A DNA stretch of 64,000 nt from Octopus vulgaris (lineage: Eukaryota): the NCBI GenBank assembly GCA_951406725.2, contig OX597821.1:92876001-92940000 (forward strand), given 5' to 3'. A program made the translations under genes and the position numbers. A model generated the notes under the pieces. It did not search any database. It had not been told where the DNA came from and worked only from the letters and a program-made list of their open reading frames with translations. The stretch's first letter is position 1, and every line of letters starts with the position of its first letter. Below are positions 1 to 13,527 of the stretch, one piece after another.

Positions 1-88
1 TCTAAAAGATGTTTTCGTAATGACTTTAGTGATACTAAAAATATATAAGTAACTTCTAATGCCTGGTTACTTTCCACCCACCCTGTGC

Positions 89-146
<58 letters not shown>

Positions 147-148
<2 letters not shown>

Positions 149-338
149 TCTTTTGCTTGTTTCAGTCATTTGACTGCGGCCATGCTGGAGCATCGCCTTT
201 AATCCGACCCCGGGACTTATTCTTTGTAAGCCCAGTACTTATTCTATCGGTCTCTTTTGCCGAACCGCTAAGTGAGAGCGACTTAAACACACCACCATCG
301 GTTGTCAAGCAATGCTAGGGGGACAAACAGAGACACAC

Positions 339-405
<67 letters not shown>

Positions 406-569
406 CGACGGGCTTCTTTCAGTTTCCGTCTACCAAATCCACTCACAAGGCTTTGGTCGGCCCGAGGCTATAGTAGAAGACACTTGTCCAAGATGCCACG
501 CAGTGGGACTAAACCCGGAACCACGTGGTTGGTAAGCAAGCTACTTACCACACAGCCACTCCTGCGCCT
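147..569 (-). mobile_element. tRNA-derived SINE, family A (internal (TA)n/(TG)n, stem-loop 3' tail)
   Basis: Reverse complement of aggcgcaggagtggctgtgtggtaag...ggttcagtcccactgcgtggc...tggccgcagtcaaatgactgaaacaag; A/B-box-like head; about 10 copies in the window. Confidence 0.85.
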
Positions 570-1304
570 ATAATATATGCAAACTGGGGTATGGAACAAT
601 GTTTCTGGAGGTACATGCATCAACATATCCACCCGGTTATGTCCGAATATAATGCTTCTTATTAGATTAATACAATTTTTGCAAATTTTGAAAATGCTTG
701 TTTGGAACAGGCAATGATTAGAGAAAATTACACTTTATACCCCAGGGATAAACATAAAGTGTTACTAATACTGAACTGCTTTATCATTTATCTTTATTTG
801 TATTATTTATTTTATATATAGACACACATATATTTCTTCTATATTATCTTTCTATCCAGAGACATTGAAATATTTTAATCTATTCAAATTATTTTTATAT
901 ATGCAGTTAATCAAATACTTCTCGTTAACAGAAACACACACATACACAAACAGCACACATATACGCACACACATATAAACACACACACACACACACACAT
1001 ACACACACACACACATGCACACACACGTGCATAATCAAAGATTAGTGAAGAGAGATAGCCCACAGTGGATATTGGCACGATTTTGAACACCAAAGATGAA
1101 AAAAAGTATATCATATACTGTACAAGATAAATTCTTGATTTACAGTAAATCTTTTCGCTTCAAGCAAAAGTAAACAAACACCCAGCGGCAATTGAATCTG
1201 ACTCCCAATGAAATGTGCGTGAGTGTGTGTGTGTGTTTGTGTGAGTGTACGCGTGCGCGTGTACATATGCGCACACCACGCGTACACACACACTCATACA
1301 CACA

Positions 1305-1344
<40 letters not shown>

Positions 1345-3426
1345 AATATATGTGTGTATATGTGTATTTACGCTTGTATGCTTGTATGTATGTATCTATT
1401 TTCTAACTCTTTCTTGTTAACGATTCCAAATTTCCCTGCTTAGATTTTGTTTGACAACCAAAAACCTTAAAAATCTGACTTCGGAAAATTAAACTTTCAG
1501 CTTAAGGAATCCTCTCAGTACCGAATACTCCTTTTTCTTTCCTGTCTTTAATGAATAATACAATCTGCTCCACACCACGAATTAGAAAACTGTAATAATA
1601 CGGATTTAAACTACTGAATATGGAATATTCGCGAGATCTTTAAACGAAGAACACTTTTAATGAGATGAAACACATATCTGTTTGAGATTGGAAATCCTAG
1701 TACAGATGGCAGCGATAAGCATATACTTAAAGTGTACAGAATTTCATTTCCAAACAAGCATCAACAAAACTTTACAAAAATTGTATTAATCTAACAAGAA
1801 GCATTATATTCGGAAATTTATCAATAAATTTCTGAGCTTTTTGAAAACAAACCTGAAAATTTAACCTAACTAAAAGTTGGGATGCGTGGCGTTTCGCATT
1901 TCTATGAAGAAGTATTTAGCTGTAGACGATTTTTGAATAGGATAATAATCTATGCCCAGGTGTGTGGCTCCCAAACTTAGAAAGAGAAAGAGAAAGACAT
2001 GTGGTATAATCCACTTTTTAGCTTAAATTTTGGAACAACTGCAGTGAAGTTGTTTAAATTAATCTCACTTCATTTTAATAGAGATCGTATTTATAAGTTC
2101 TTTTACAGAAATTCTATTAAAGAATCTTCCTCTTTTTGAAAAATTTTGGCAGGTCTATTAATTCAATTAATGTAAAATATATATCAAATAACAGTAGTAC
2201 CAAAATATGTAAACTTTTATAAGTCAGACTCGCCATACAAATATTCAAAAGAAATTCCGCACAGCTTCCAACTTTATTATCGACTTCTGTTTAACTATTA
2301 CTTCTGTACTGCGTTACAGACTGCATTTAATTAAATTATGTACATTACATGGCTTTCGGAATAAAATTTCAATTTCGAACGCATTCTAGTACATTTTTCC
2401 TCAGATATTATGTGAATTACACTTTTTTGATTTCTTTCTTTCTTTATATATATTAGTATTTGAACTGGAATGACGTCCTTCGAACGGCCTTGCATACATT
2501 TAGCTAACAAGATTGAACTGCGTCGTTATTTCATTAAATCATATGTGTGTGCGTGTGAGTGACGAGCGTGTGTGTTGCAATATGCGCGTGTGTGTGTGTA
2601 AGCACCCGTGTATATACTTATTGTGTATACCGCGTTGCTAGACAACTAACTGTGGAATTCATCTGAGATAATATATCATATGAACGTTCTGTGTAAAAGA
2701 AAACTACGTATATATCGGAGAGTGACAAAACTGGTCTTAACAGCGGCCAAGGAGAAAGCCTGATGTATTTCAGCCTAGTTGAGATTTACCAACGACCTGA
2801 TCTCACAGCGAGCTACATGCCCAGGCGAGTTTTGGCACCTCCGATAAAGAAAACAATGAGCGATATATTCAGTGATGCTGCGAATAACTGCCTGGCTGAA
2901 TAAAAATACTGTTACAAGCAACTGAAGCAGTTTTAAATTAAAGTACTTACCTGCATCATACTTAATATGAAATATAGTTGACAGGCAAGTTGCTGCGGTA
3001 TTCTTCCGAGAAAAACTTTTATGAGCATATTTTATGAGCATAATAACACAATATATATCAGAGACACAAAAATTCGTCCCAGCAGCAGCAGCTTCCAAGA
3101 AGTCTAGTGGCATTACGTTCTAACCAATGTATGAAACTTGAGTCCATTAAGTCACTCTGTGACTTCTGCTGAACAATAAAACATGTGCGCGAGCGCGTGT
3201 GTGTGTGTGTGTGTATTTGTTTGTGTTTGTTCCTGACCCTCGCATGACAAACGTTGTTGGTTTGTTTACGTCCCCGAAAATTTAGTAAGTCTGCAAAAGA
3301 AACCAATAGAATGAGTACCAGAGTGTTGGTCTTCCATAAACAACCTTGCCCGGACTTGTGCTTCGGAAGGGAACTGTCTAGGTGCAATTCCATGGTCATT
3401 CATTTCTCTCTCACTCACTCACTCAC

Positions 3427-3531
<105 letters not shown>

Positions 3532-3532
3532 G

Positions 3533-3562
<30 letters not shown>

Positions 3563-3563
<1 letters not shown>

Positions 3564-3742
3564 TTGAAATTTATAGAAAAACAAAGGGCGAAGACAGGTG
3601 TATGAACAAGTAAGTGTAATCGTTTGACGATCGGGAAAATGAAAAAAGTCTCTTACATTTCGAGCCTACGCTCTTCAACAGAAAGGAATAATAGAAAATA
3701 GAGAGAGAATGAAAAAGAAGTTGTACATTTAGCGATCAAGCT
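3563..3742 (-). mobile_element. Short non-autonomous element with minimal hammerhead-like motif (3650-3686)
   Basis: Minus strand cttt CTGTTGA a gagc-gtag-gctc GAAA tg TA agag; homologous to 44990, 47445 and 52495; lies between (GATA)n and (TA)n. Confidence 0.65.
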
Positions 3743-3778
3743 ATATATATATTACTATTTGTATACATGCATATATAT

Positions 3779-4037
3779 GTGGAGGCGTGTGGCTTAGTGG
3801 TTAGGGTGTCAGCGTCATGATCGTAAGATTGTGGTTTCGATTCCTGGAACGAGCGACGCGTTGTGTTCTTGAGCAAAACACTTCATTTCACGTTGCTCCA
3901 GTCCACTCAGCTGACAAAAATGAGTAACGCTGCGATGGACTGGCGTCCCGTCCAGCTGGAGAACACATAGGCCATAGAAACCGGGAAACCGGGCCCATGA
4001 GCCTGGCTAGGCTTTAAAAGGGCGCATTTATTATTAT
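3779..4037 (+). mobile_element. tRNA-derived SINE with V-domain-like segment
   Basis: Head ggaggcgtgtggcttagtgg...ggtttcgattcc; ctgcgatggactggcgtcccgtccag; (TTA)n tail; probable TSD tatacatgcatatat at 3762-3776 and 4038-4052. Confidence 0.75.
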
Positions 4038-4204
4038 TATACATGCATATATGACTCCAGACTTTACCTAAACTGAGAGACTCAGCGCATACCGGGAAAG
4101 CACCATTTAAAAGGTAACTGGATCAGCTTAAATAACTGCCTGTGTGTGGCGTAGGCGTGTATCTGTACATACGTATGTAACCACATAGAAGTGCGTGTGT
4201 ATAT

Positions 4205-4254
<50 letters not shown>

Positions 4255-5447
4255 GCGTGCTCACACAAGCACAAACACACAAATTCAATCACACATTATA
4301 TTAAATCTTTTCATTTATTTGTTTCCTTTTTCATTTGATTTTAGTGTTAATGTCTCAAGCCTCAAACACATGAATGGAAAAATTTTAATTTTTTTTTTAT
4401 TATGAACAAGTCAGCTTATCAATATTTTACGACTGTCTGCTAAATTTTTATGGTGAACCTATAATTCTTAAAAATATTGAGTTTTATTGCTTCCATCTTT
4501 AATATCAAGTTTTATTCGTAGTCTGTCTTTGAGAAATATATGTTGCAGGACAACATTTTCTTTTTAATATTAAAACAATATGTATATATATTTATATATA
4601 TATATATAAGCATATATTTGTATCTGTATATATCTCTACAAACATATATATATTTACGTGTATATATACATATATATATATGCTTGTATAAATTTTTTAA
4701 TGTTTATGCGATATATACACACACGTACACATACCTACATGTATGCATGTACGTGCGTACGTACGTCTGTATGTGTATGTACCTGTATATAGCAAATAAA
4801 CATTTAAAATTTGGATAAAAAAGACAATTAACTAACATAATAGTATCGATTTAATAAAGAGAAAAACAACGATAATAGCTGTGTGATATCGACATATGTC
4901 AAATTAGACACATAATGACAGTTAGTCACTCATATAGACCTATATAGTTACAATATATATACACCTGTATAAGTTCTTAACTGCATATATAAACATTTAT
5001 ACATTATCTTGCCCCTATCTATATGTGTATATATGTGTACAGGTGCATAATATATATATATATATATATATATATACGCACACATATACATAAGATTAAA
5101 GTACTTACGACAGAGATACTACGTGTGCTAATAATCTACGCACGCACAACCACGTGCGTGTATACATACATAAATACATACACACTCACATATGGTGGCA
5201 ATTTATTTTGTTTGTATGTACATAACTGTATATACAACTGTGCGCAGTTATGTATATATAAATGAACATATAGACGCACATGCATATATAAACACGCATA
5301 TATAGACGTATATATATATATGTACATACATACATACATACATATATATAGAGAGAGAGCGAGAGACAGAGAGAAAGAAAGAAAGAAAGAGCCATAGAGA
5401 GAGAGGTTGGTAGATAGAGTTACAGACAGACAGACAGACAGACAGAC

Positions 5448-5513
<66 letters not shown>

Positions 5514-5564
5514 ATATATAATTAGATACACATACATACAGACATACGTACGTACATACGTACG

Positions 5565-5610
<46 letters not shown>

Positions 5611-6046
5611 ATTATCATTATTATTATATACGTACGTGTGCATGTGTGTTTGTATGTATAGATCAGCATGCGTATTAATGTCGTCTATGTATGTATTTTT
5701 GCAACTTCAACGTATATAGAATGAAAATGGGAGAAATATTTCCATAGAAACTTTTTATGAATATACCGACTAGTGAGGAAAAACAATAAAATTTTCGAGA
5801 AAACTTATTTATTTTATGAATTTTATATAACTACTAGTATTTTTCTTAAAACGCATTTAATAATATAGAGACATCCAAACACTCTTAAGAAATATTTCAA
5901 TCCTTTTCTTTAACTAGATTGATAGATACTAACATAGAAACAACATCATATTACACTCAATGTTGAACGGACATACGTTTAACTGTGGACAGTTACATGT
6001 CTTATTATTCAATTACATGTAACATTTTGAGTGACTTTATATAGTA

Positions 6047-6431
6047 CTAGCAGTATCGCCCGGCGTTGCTCAGGTTTGTAAGGGAAATAACTATAAAGCA
6101 TTTTTAGAGAGTTATAGCCAAAAAATAGCAAAAAAAATGGAAAAAAAATGATGCTAATTTTTTTTTAGAGTTAAAAAAGGTGGAGTTGCGTCCCCGAGAC
6201 GGTCTGGGGTTTGGGTTTCTGATTCTCGACCCCATGTCGAATTTATCGATTTTTTTCAGAACTGGGGGAACTTTTCAAAATTTTCGCTGCGTTAGTTTTG
6301 AATTATGACATTGGGCTATGTGTGTGTCAAGTTTCATCAGAATCGGTTGAAAGCCGTGGTCAGAGTGAGGGTACGAGAAAACAGACACACAGAAACACGC
6401 ACAGACAAACTGCCGTTTATATAGAGAGAGA
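6047..6431 (-). mobile_element. Non-autonomous Helitron
   Basis: Minus strand begins TC and ends with a GC hairpin plus CTAG, inserted at A|T with no TSD; close homolog in opposite orientation at 16173-16558. Confidence 0.8.
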
Positions 6432-6733
6432 TGAGTAGGTATGAATGCTAATTTTTACAAGTTTGCCATTACATTATCCATTCGTTCATTCATTTTACAC
6501 CTGATTTCGTTTTATGTTAGCATAACTTGATAGATACGTATTTGAGGCAGTATCTTACAGGCAGATACTCATCCTGTTTCTGACCTTTATCTGTTCTAAA
6601 AGTGATTTTCTCCCTCTACATCCAGAGCAAGGAACTACGGGTTGTAATACCCAAGAGGAATGTAAAAACGACAAAAACGATTTATTCCCAAACTATTTCC
6701 TGCAAAAAAAGCAGAGATAATTTCAAGCATCCA

Positions 6734-6770
6734 ATGATGATGATGATGATGATGATGATGATAACAATAA

Positions 6771-6838
<68 letters not shown>

Positions 6839-6874
6839 CAACAATAACAACAACAACAACAATAATAACAACAA

Positions 6875-6905
<31 letters not shown>

Positions 6906-6946
6906 AATAACAACAATAACAACAACAACAACAATAATAACAACAA

Positions 6947-7003
<57 letters not shown>

Positions 7004-7042
7004 TAATAATGATAATAATAATAATAATGATAATAATAATAA

Positions 7043-7093
<51 letters not shown>

Positions 7094-7132
7094 TAATAAT
7101 GATAATAATAATAATAATGATAATAATAATGA
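6734..7132. repeat. (ATG)n/(AAT)n/(AAC)n compound microsatellite
   Basis: Direct inspection. Confidence 0.95.
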
Positions 7133-8038
7133 TTTCATTTATTTGCCACGAGGGCGAAAAGTGAGGGGGAAAATACAAAAACAAAGTGTGGGGATTTACA
7201 TATAATAATGAAATGATAAATAAAAAAAGTATACACGATATACACCGGGAAAGAGATGACACAGGCATAGCATACAAAGGTACAAAATAGTGGGGAGAGG
7301 ATGATTGAGATGTGGCCCTCCTGATACAGAATACCTCTAGGGATAATCGAGGAACCCCATTGTCCGAGGTCTCCCTGAAACCTTAGGAACAAGTGCCCTC
7401 TCCAATTCCTTCTCTCCGACTCACAGGTCTACAGTTTGAGAGATACCTATTTCTTTATTGCCCACAAGGGGCTAAACACAGAGGGGACAAACAAGGACAG
7501 ACAAGCGGATTAAGTCGATTACATCGACCCCAGTACGTGACTGGTACTTAATTTATCGACGCCGAAAGGATGAAAGGCAAAGTCGACCTCGGCGGAATTT
7601 GAACTCAGAATGTAACGGCAGACAAAATACCGCTAAGCATTTCGCCCGGTGTGCTAACGTGTCTGCCCGCTCGCCGCCTTACCATCCACTCTTGCCATTT
7701 TCGCAACTTTCACCCACCTTTCAATAAATTCACTCGAGGACAGCGCTTCCCGCTCCACTCTCAATTTTCTTTTCAAGTGAGACTTGAAAAATCAATGAGA
7801 GTTCTACCAAATAGGAATGTATCTGTCCTCGTGCCTTTCAGCCTTGTTCACTAAACAACCTCTTTCACTACAGCCACCAGGCAGGGAAAAACTGCTTTGC
7901 TTACCCGCCCGAAGGAGGGCGGCGGTGCAATCATCACTACAGACTCGGCCGGCAGACGGATCCGTCCCACATGTGACAGTAGCTGTTCAACATAACCCCA
8001 CAAGTCAGCAATGCCCGGACACTGAACAAGGCCCAGTA
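7133..8038 (-). mobile_element. 3' fragment of L1/Tx1-like non-LTR retrotransposon, interrupted by a SINE
   Basis: Homologous to 8555-9210; both ends abut (AAT)n; family B SINE inserted at about 7445-7680. Confidence 0.7.
7445..7680 (-). mobile_element. tRNA-derived SINE, family B (Deu/Nin-domain-like core)
   Basis: Reverse complement of aaggcggcgagc...ttctgagttcaaattccgccgaggtcgactttgcctttcatcctttcgg-gtcgataaattaagtaccag. Confidence 0.85.
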
Positions 8039-8109
<71 letters not shown>

Positions 8110-8114
8110 GTAAT

Positions 8115-8462
8115 AATAAGACTAAAACAATACCTGTAGTCATAGGTGCCCTGGGAATGATAGCGAAAGGGGCTGATTGCTACCTAACTCAGATACCAGG
8201 AAACCCCAAAATGGCAGAAATTCAAGAGATAGTGTTCATGGGAACTGCTCATATCCTACGCAAAATACTTTCTATGTAATCTCAGGGTTTAAAACAAACA
8301 GAATTTTCTTGGGGGGGCGGGCATTCACTAGTACAACACCAAAAAAACCAAATATATGGTACACTAGGCATAACAACAACATGAACTTCCAACCTGTTGT
8401 CTCTTGAGGTCTCTGGGTGAGACTTGGAGCCAACTTGTACAAATATAAAGCAAAGGTTAAAC
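8115..8462 (+). mobile_element. 3' end of R4/Dong-like (RLE) non-LTR retrotransposon
   Basis: Translates TKTIPVVIGALGMIAKG...IQEIVFMGTAHILRKILSM*, a typical R4/Dong C-terminus; (AAT)n on both sides. Confidence 0.7.
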
Positions 8463-8535
<73 letters not shown>

Positions 8536-8554
8536 CAACAATGATAATAATAAT

Positions 8555-10065
8555 ATCATTTATTTGCCATAGGGCGACGGATGAGGAGGCCAATACAAAG
8601 ACAGACATCAAGTGTGTGGGTTTACATAAAATCAAATGATAAAAACATTAAAATTAAAAGAAAATGAAAGAAAGTACACACTGTGTACACTGAAAAAGAA
8701 GGGACATATACATAGCATACAAAGGTTTAAAAAATAGGGGGAGGCGGAGGATGATAGAGATGTGACCCTCCTGATACAGGAACGTCTCTAGGGATAATCG
8801 AGGAACCCCACTGTCCGAGATTTCCCTGAAACCCTAGGAGCAAGTGCTCTCTACAGTTCCTTCTCTCCGACTCACACGTCTACACTGAGAGAGATACCAT
8901 CCACTCTTGGATTTTTTGCAACTTTCACCTACTTTTCAGTATACTCACTCGAGGACAGCACTTCCCTCCCCACTCACAACTTCCTTCTCAAGTAAAAATC
9001 GAAGAAGTCAATGAGAACTCTGCCAGACCTTGTCCACCAAACAACCTCTCTCGCCACAGCCATCTGGCAAAGGAAAACTGCCTTGCCTGCCCGATCGAAG
9101 GTGGGCGGCGGTGCGATCATCACTACAGACTCGGCTGTCAGGCGGATGCGTCTCACACGTGACAGCAGCTGTTCAACATAACCCCACAAGTTAGCAATGC
9201 CCGGACACTGAATGAGGGCGTGCAGAAAGGTTTCGTCTTTCGTCACTCTGTGCGCACCTCGGACAAACCCGTCTGACAGCACATCCGTCAAACTGATAGC
9301 CACCCCACCCCCACCCGTTAGCACTGCCAGGCCAAGTACACCTGGAAATTATCCATAACAGTACCCGACCGGAAAGTCCTCCGGAACAGCCAGTTCGTTT
9401 TCTTCGGCGCCCAGCGTCTCCACGAGAACCTCATCGCACTTCCACGCCACTAATCCTCTATAAATTTCTTATGCAGAACATCCACCGATAGAGGACTTTG
9501 AGCGCCTGACGACATTATAGGTGCCAGGCGCCCAGTCTCGGTCTTTTCTTCACCCAGGTTACAGCTCCGTCAAGGAGACGAGCTTGCGGAAAGATGAACC
9601 TCACAAACGGAGCTCACACGCGCTGACCGTCCAGAAATCGTTGCTGGTGGCGTAACTTAAGAGCGTGTCTGTGCATTAGGATCCACAGCATACTTAATCC
9701 GCCACTCAGAGGATGTTGGCAACAGACTGACCGCCTGACCCCTGGAATGCGTCCCTTCCACAACAATTTAAATAAGAGACGCTTCAGCCTGGTCAAGCTG
9801 TAACTGGCACAAGGCACGACGGTCAGGCGATAAATGATAACGAAGACGATATAAGCATTCGCTACCTCTGCCCGAAATTCAAAGACAGCTTCATTTCAGC
9901 TCATTTCTGGGTGTGACTGGCTACCCTGTTCGCCACCTCGTCCCACTTATCAACTTGGAGGTCAGGACCAAACCAGAAGATGAGCAGTTTAACTGGTCGG
10001 TCGGTCGGTCCAGCGTCCGACAACGCCGTCCGATTGCATCGTCCTGCCTCTCCAGGAGCCCAACC
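8555..10065 (-). pseudogene. Decayed L1/Tx1-like ORF2 (end of RT plus zf-RVT region) and 3' UTR
   Basis: Peptides RLKRLLFKLLWKGRIPGVRRSVCCQHPLSGGL, ETFLHALIQCPGIANLW, PVKLLIFWFG..WDEVANRV; frameshifts and stops; aataaa followed by (ATT)n tail. Confidence 0.75.
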
Positions 10066-10563
10066 GCAAACCCATATAACAATGGTAGGAATAATAATTA
10101 AAATAGTAATGAAAATAATAGTAGAATTGGTGGTGGTGATGCTAGCAGCAGTGACAATGAAACAGCTTGTAACAGTAGCACTAACAGCCAAGGCAGTAGT
10201 GATAGCGTTCCTGTCATATGTCACTCTAAGGAGACCGAGTTTAGCAGTCGAGTAGCCCACAATAACAGACACGATATCATTTGTCAACCTGCTTCTTCAA
10301 CATCTAATATTGTCACACACAGGTAACGATTCTATCTATGCGAGTGGCAACTGTAATGTCGGAGATGTGGGACAAATGATTGACCTTGGCCCTCTGGATG
10401 GCTCGGCTAGCACGCATTATAGTCGTACCATTTCTGCTGTAAACGCAACTATTAATAATCCTAATAATTGTTCAAACTCTTACCGGTTTATTGATAGTGT
10501 TGTTACTAATGATAACAATCCTAACGCCCTTTATGTAACCCTGGAAGATTTAGATAATTTTGT

Positions 10564-10951
10564 GGATCTTTCCAGTTTGAACGGCAATTTTTTCTAGCGG
10601 TATCATATGAAATTGCCACCCATAATTATGACTCTAGTATCGACCTATTGCATTTCAATCTCTTTTAGGGTTAGGGTTAGGGGTGGGGGAAGGGTATCTT
10701 TTTGTTTTAAACCCAATCTGTTTCTTAAACGAGGGACATATTCATACGGCACAGAATGCTTTCACCTCAATTAGACGTCATTGAATGGTTGAAATTGATG
10801 AAATTGAAGAAAAAACAACAACAAATATCTTAAAAACTATAGAATTTTCTCAATAAAGCCAAGAGAAAAAGATGTTTTATAAACACATTCTACCAGTATA
10901 CGAAGTTTAAAAGTGTTTAGGAAATTATTTTTAATTATTTTAAAAACTGCC
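10564..10951. mobile_element. MITE (GGATC-TIR family), right TIR truncated
   Basis: Starts ggatctttccagtttgaacggc; internal sequence homologous to 16735, 24425 and 53831. Confidence 0.8.
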
Positions 10952-11224
10952 TTGACTGGCTCCACTACATGCAAATTCAAGCAGAGCTTTTACAATCTTT
11001 TTTTACTTTAACAATCGTAAGAAGGCTAGGGTTAAGTTAACAGAAAACATTTGAGAATTAAAAGCAAAAAAATAAAAACCATTCAATTCCTACTTACTAG
11101 AATAAAGCAAACATTGTCATACATAAATGATAGATAAAGGCGCACTCTCTGCGACGAATTAGGAAAAATTCTTAAATGCCCAAGTAATGTTCTTAATAAG
11201 TTTCGTGAACTTAGACTGAAACGC

Positions 11225-12237
11225 TTTCCCAAAAAATTTTCACCGAAAATTTTACCCAAAAATGTTCCGAAAATTTTTCGAAAATTTTCACCGATAATTT
11301 TCCCCAAAAATTTTACGAAAATTTTCACCGAAAATTTTCCCCAAAAATTTTACGAACATTTTCACCGAAAATTTTACCCAAAAATTTTTCGAAAATTTTC
11401 CCGAAAAATTTTACGAAAATTTTCACCGAAAAATTTTCTGAAAATTTTTCACCGAAAATTATACCCAAATTTTTCGAAAGTTTTCACCAAAAATTTTACG
11501 AACATTTTCACCGGAAATTTTACCCAAAATTTTGACCCAAGGATTTTCTGAAAATTTTCACCGAAAATTTTACCCAAAAATTTTTCGAAAATTTTCAACG
11601 AAAATTTTCTCTAAAAATTTTACGAAAATTTTCATCGAAAATTTTACGAAAATTTTCATCGAAAATTTTACCCAAAAATTTTTCGAAAATTTTCACCGGA
11701 AATTTTACCCAAAAATTTTTCGAAAATTTTCACCAATAATTTTTGGAAAATTTTCACCGAAAATTTTCCGCAAAAATTTTACGAAAATTTTCACCGAAAA
11801 TTTAAACTCAAAAATTTTTGGAAAATTTTCACCGAAGGTTTTCACCAAAAATTTTTCGAAAATTTTTCGAAAATTTTACGAAAATTTTCACGGAAAATTT
11901 TCCCAAAAAGTTTTTCGAACATTTTCACCGAAAATTTTACCCAAAAACTTTTCGAAAATTTTCACCAAAAATTTTTCGAAAATTTTACGCAAAAATTTTT
12001 GAACGAAAATTTTCACCAAAAATTTTACCAAAAATTTAACGAAAATTTTCGTCCAAAAATTTTTTCGAAAATTTTCCCAAAATTTTCGAAAATTTTCACC
12101 AAAAATTTTCGAAAATTTTCCCCAAAAATTTTCTCAAAAATTTTTCGAAAATTTTCACCAGAAATTTTTCGAAAATTTTCACCAAAAATTTTTAAAATTT
12201 TCCCCAAAATTTTTCGAAAATTTTACCCAAAAATTTA
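11225..12237. repeat. A/T-rich quasi-palindromic satellite (gaaaattttc / ttttcgaaaa / aaaattttacccaaaa units)
   Basis: About 1 kb of irregular 10-14 bp subunits; inverted copy at 12838-12972. Confidence 0.9.
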
Positions 12238-12277
12238 TCACTAGCGATATGAAGATATAACGTTGTATTTTGCAATT

Positions 12278-12315
<38 letters not shown>

Positions 12316-12346
12316 TGTAATATGAACACATATATATATACACATA

Positions 12347-12475
12347 CTAGCAGTATATCCCGGCCTTGCCCGGGATTAAGTTACGATTAATAAGCTAATC
12401 AAGTTCTTTATTTCAAACCAAACTAAGTAATATCGACGTCAAATTTGGGCAAAATCCGTTGAAATTGGTTATATT
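12347..12475 (-). mobile_element. Helitron 3' terminus (second family); 5' end not defined
   Basis: Minus strand ends atcccgg-gcaagg-ccgggat-atactg-CTAG|t; upstream aaccaatttcaacgga resembles the internal motif of the other Helitron family. Confidence 0.65.
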
Positions 12476-12793
12476 ATATATATTATATATATATATATAA
12501 TATAATATAATATAATATAATATAATATAATATAATATAATATAATATAATATAAATATATATGGGCAACAGACACGAACACACATGTATGTTTTGTGCA
12601 TGCATACATGTTCATAAACAGAAATGAATGGAAAAATGTTGTTAAATTTGTAGATTAACACTCGCACGATTTTCACTAACAAAAATAATCGGGTTTTTTT
12701 TTGCGTGGAATCAACTACTAATATGCTACAAAACCCTTTTTGTGCTCCGTGAATCGGAGTGGGTGTGGTGGAAGCCTCGGAAATATTACCCAT

Positions 12794-13068
12794 TTATATT
12801 GTGCAATTCACTGACAAATTCCTACTGACCTCTTCGTTGAAAATTTTCGAAAAATTTTTGAGTAAAATTCTCGGTGAAAATGTTCGTAAAATTTTTGGGT
12901 AAAATTTTCGGTGAAAAGTTTTCAGAATATTTTTCGGTGAAAATATTCGTAAAATTTTTGGGGAAAATTTACGCCGAGTAAAAAAGTGTTTTCTTGACAA
13001 TCCATTTATTTAACAACAAAGAAACAAAGAGGTCAGTAGCAATTTGTCAGTGAATTGCACAATATAAA
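12794..13068. repeat. About 45-bp inverted repeat enclosing an inverted copy of the A/T satellite
   Basis: tttatattgtgcaattcactgacaaattcctactgacctctt versus aagaggtcagtagcaatttgtcagtgaattgcacaatataaa. Confidence 0.85.
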
Positions 13069-13280
13069 CTCTCTCGCACCCCAAAGTAATGTGAGTGAGA
13101 GAGAGGGGGGAGAAAGATGAACGATTTAAAATAAATAAATGATTTAAAATAAAAATATTGTAATTGTTATGTGAGAAAGTATATATACTATGATTATAAA
13201 ATATAGTGTCTTTAAAAAACATCCTGAATTTAAACACTATATCTCGTGTTTAAGAAAAGACAAAACATTTTACATTTTAT

Positions 13281-13522
13281 ATTTTATGAACGTCGTCACT
13301 TACTCTCTCTCTCTCTCCCTCTCTCACTTTGTCTTTCCCGTGAGACTCTCTGCTTCTCTTCCACTTTTCTTTATCTTGTTTTTTTTCTTAGACGCCGTCA
13401 AAAAGCTATGGCTGAAAATAGATTTTTATGAACGTCGTCACTTACTCCCTCTCCCTCTCTCACTTTGTATTTCCCGTGAAACTCTCTGCCTCTCTTCTTC
13501 CACTTTTTTTTATCTTGTTTTG
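13281..13522. repeat. Two-copy direct duplication (about 100 bp, period about 142 bp)
   Basis: ttttatgaacgtcgtcacttactc...cactttgt.tttcccgtga.actctctgc at 13282 and 13424. Confidence 0.85.
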
Positions 13523-13527
13523 TTTTG

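Noticed and set aside
10663-10685. Interstitial telomere
   Set aside because: Only 2-3 TTAGGG units, and internal to a MITE
11225-12237. CRISPR-like array
   Set aside because: No unique spacers; eukaryotic satellite
11083-13000. KIF/ENF-rich ORFs
   Set aside because: Stop-poor satellite sequence open on both strands
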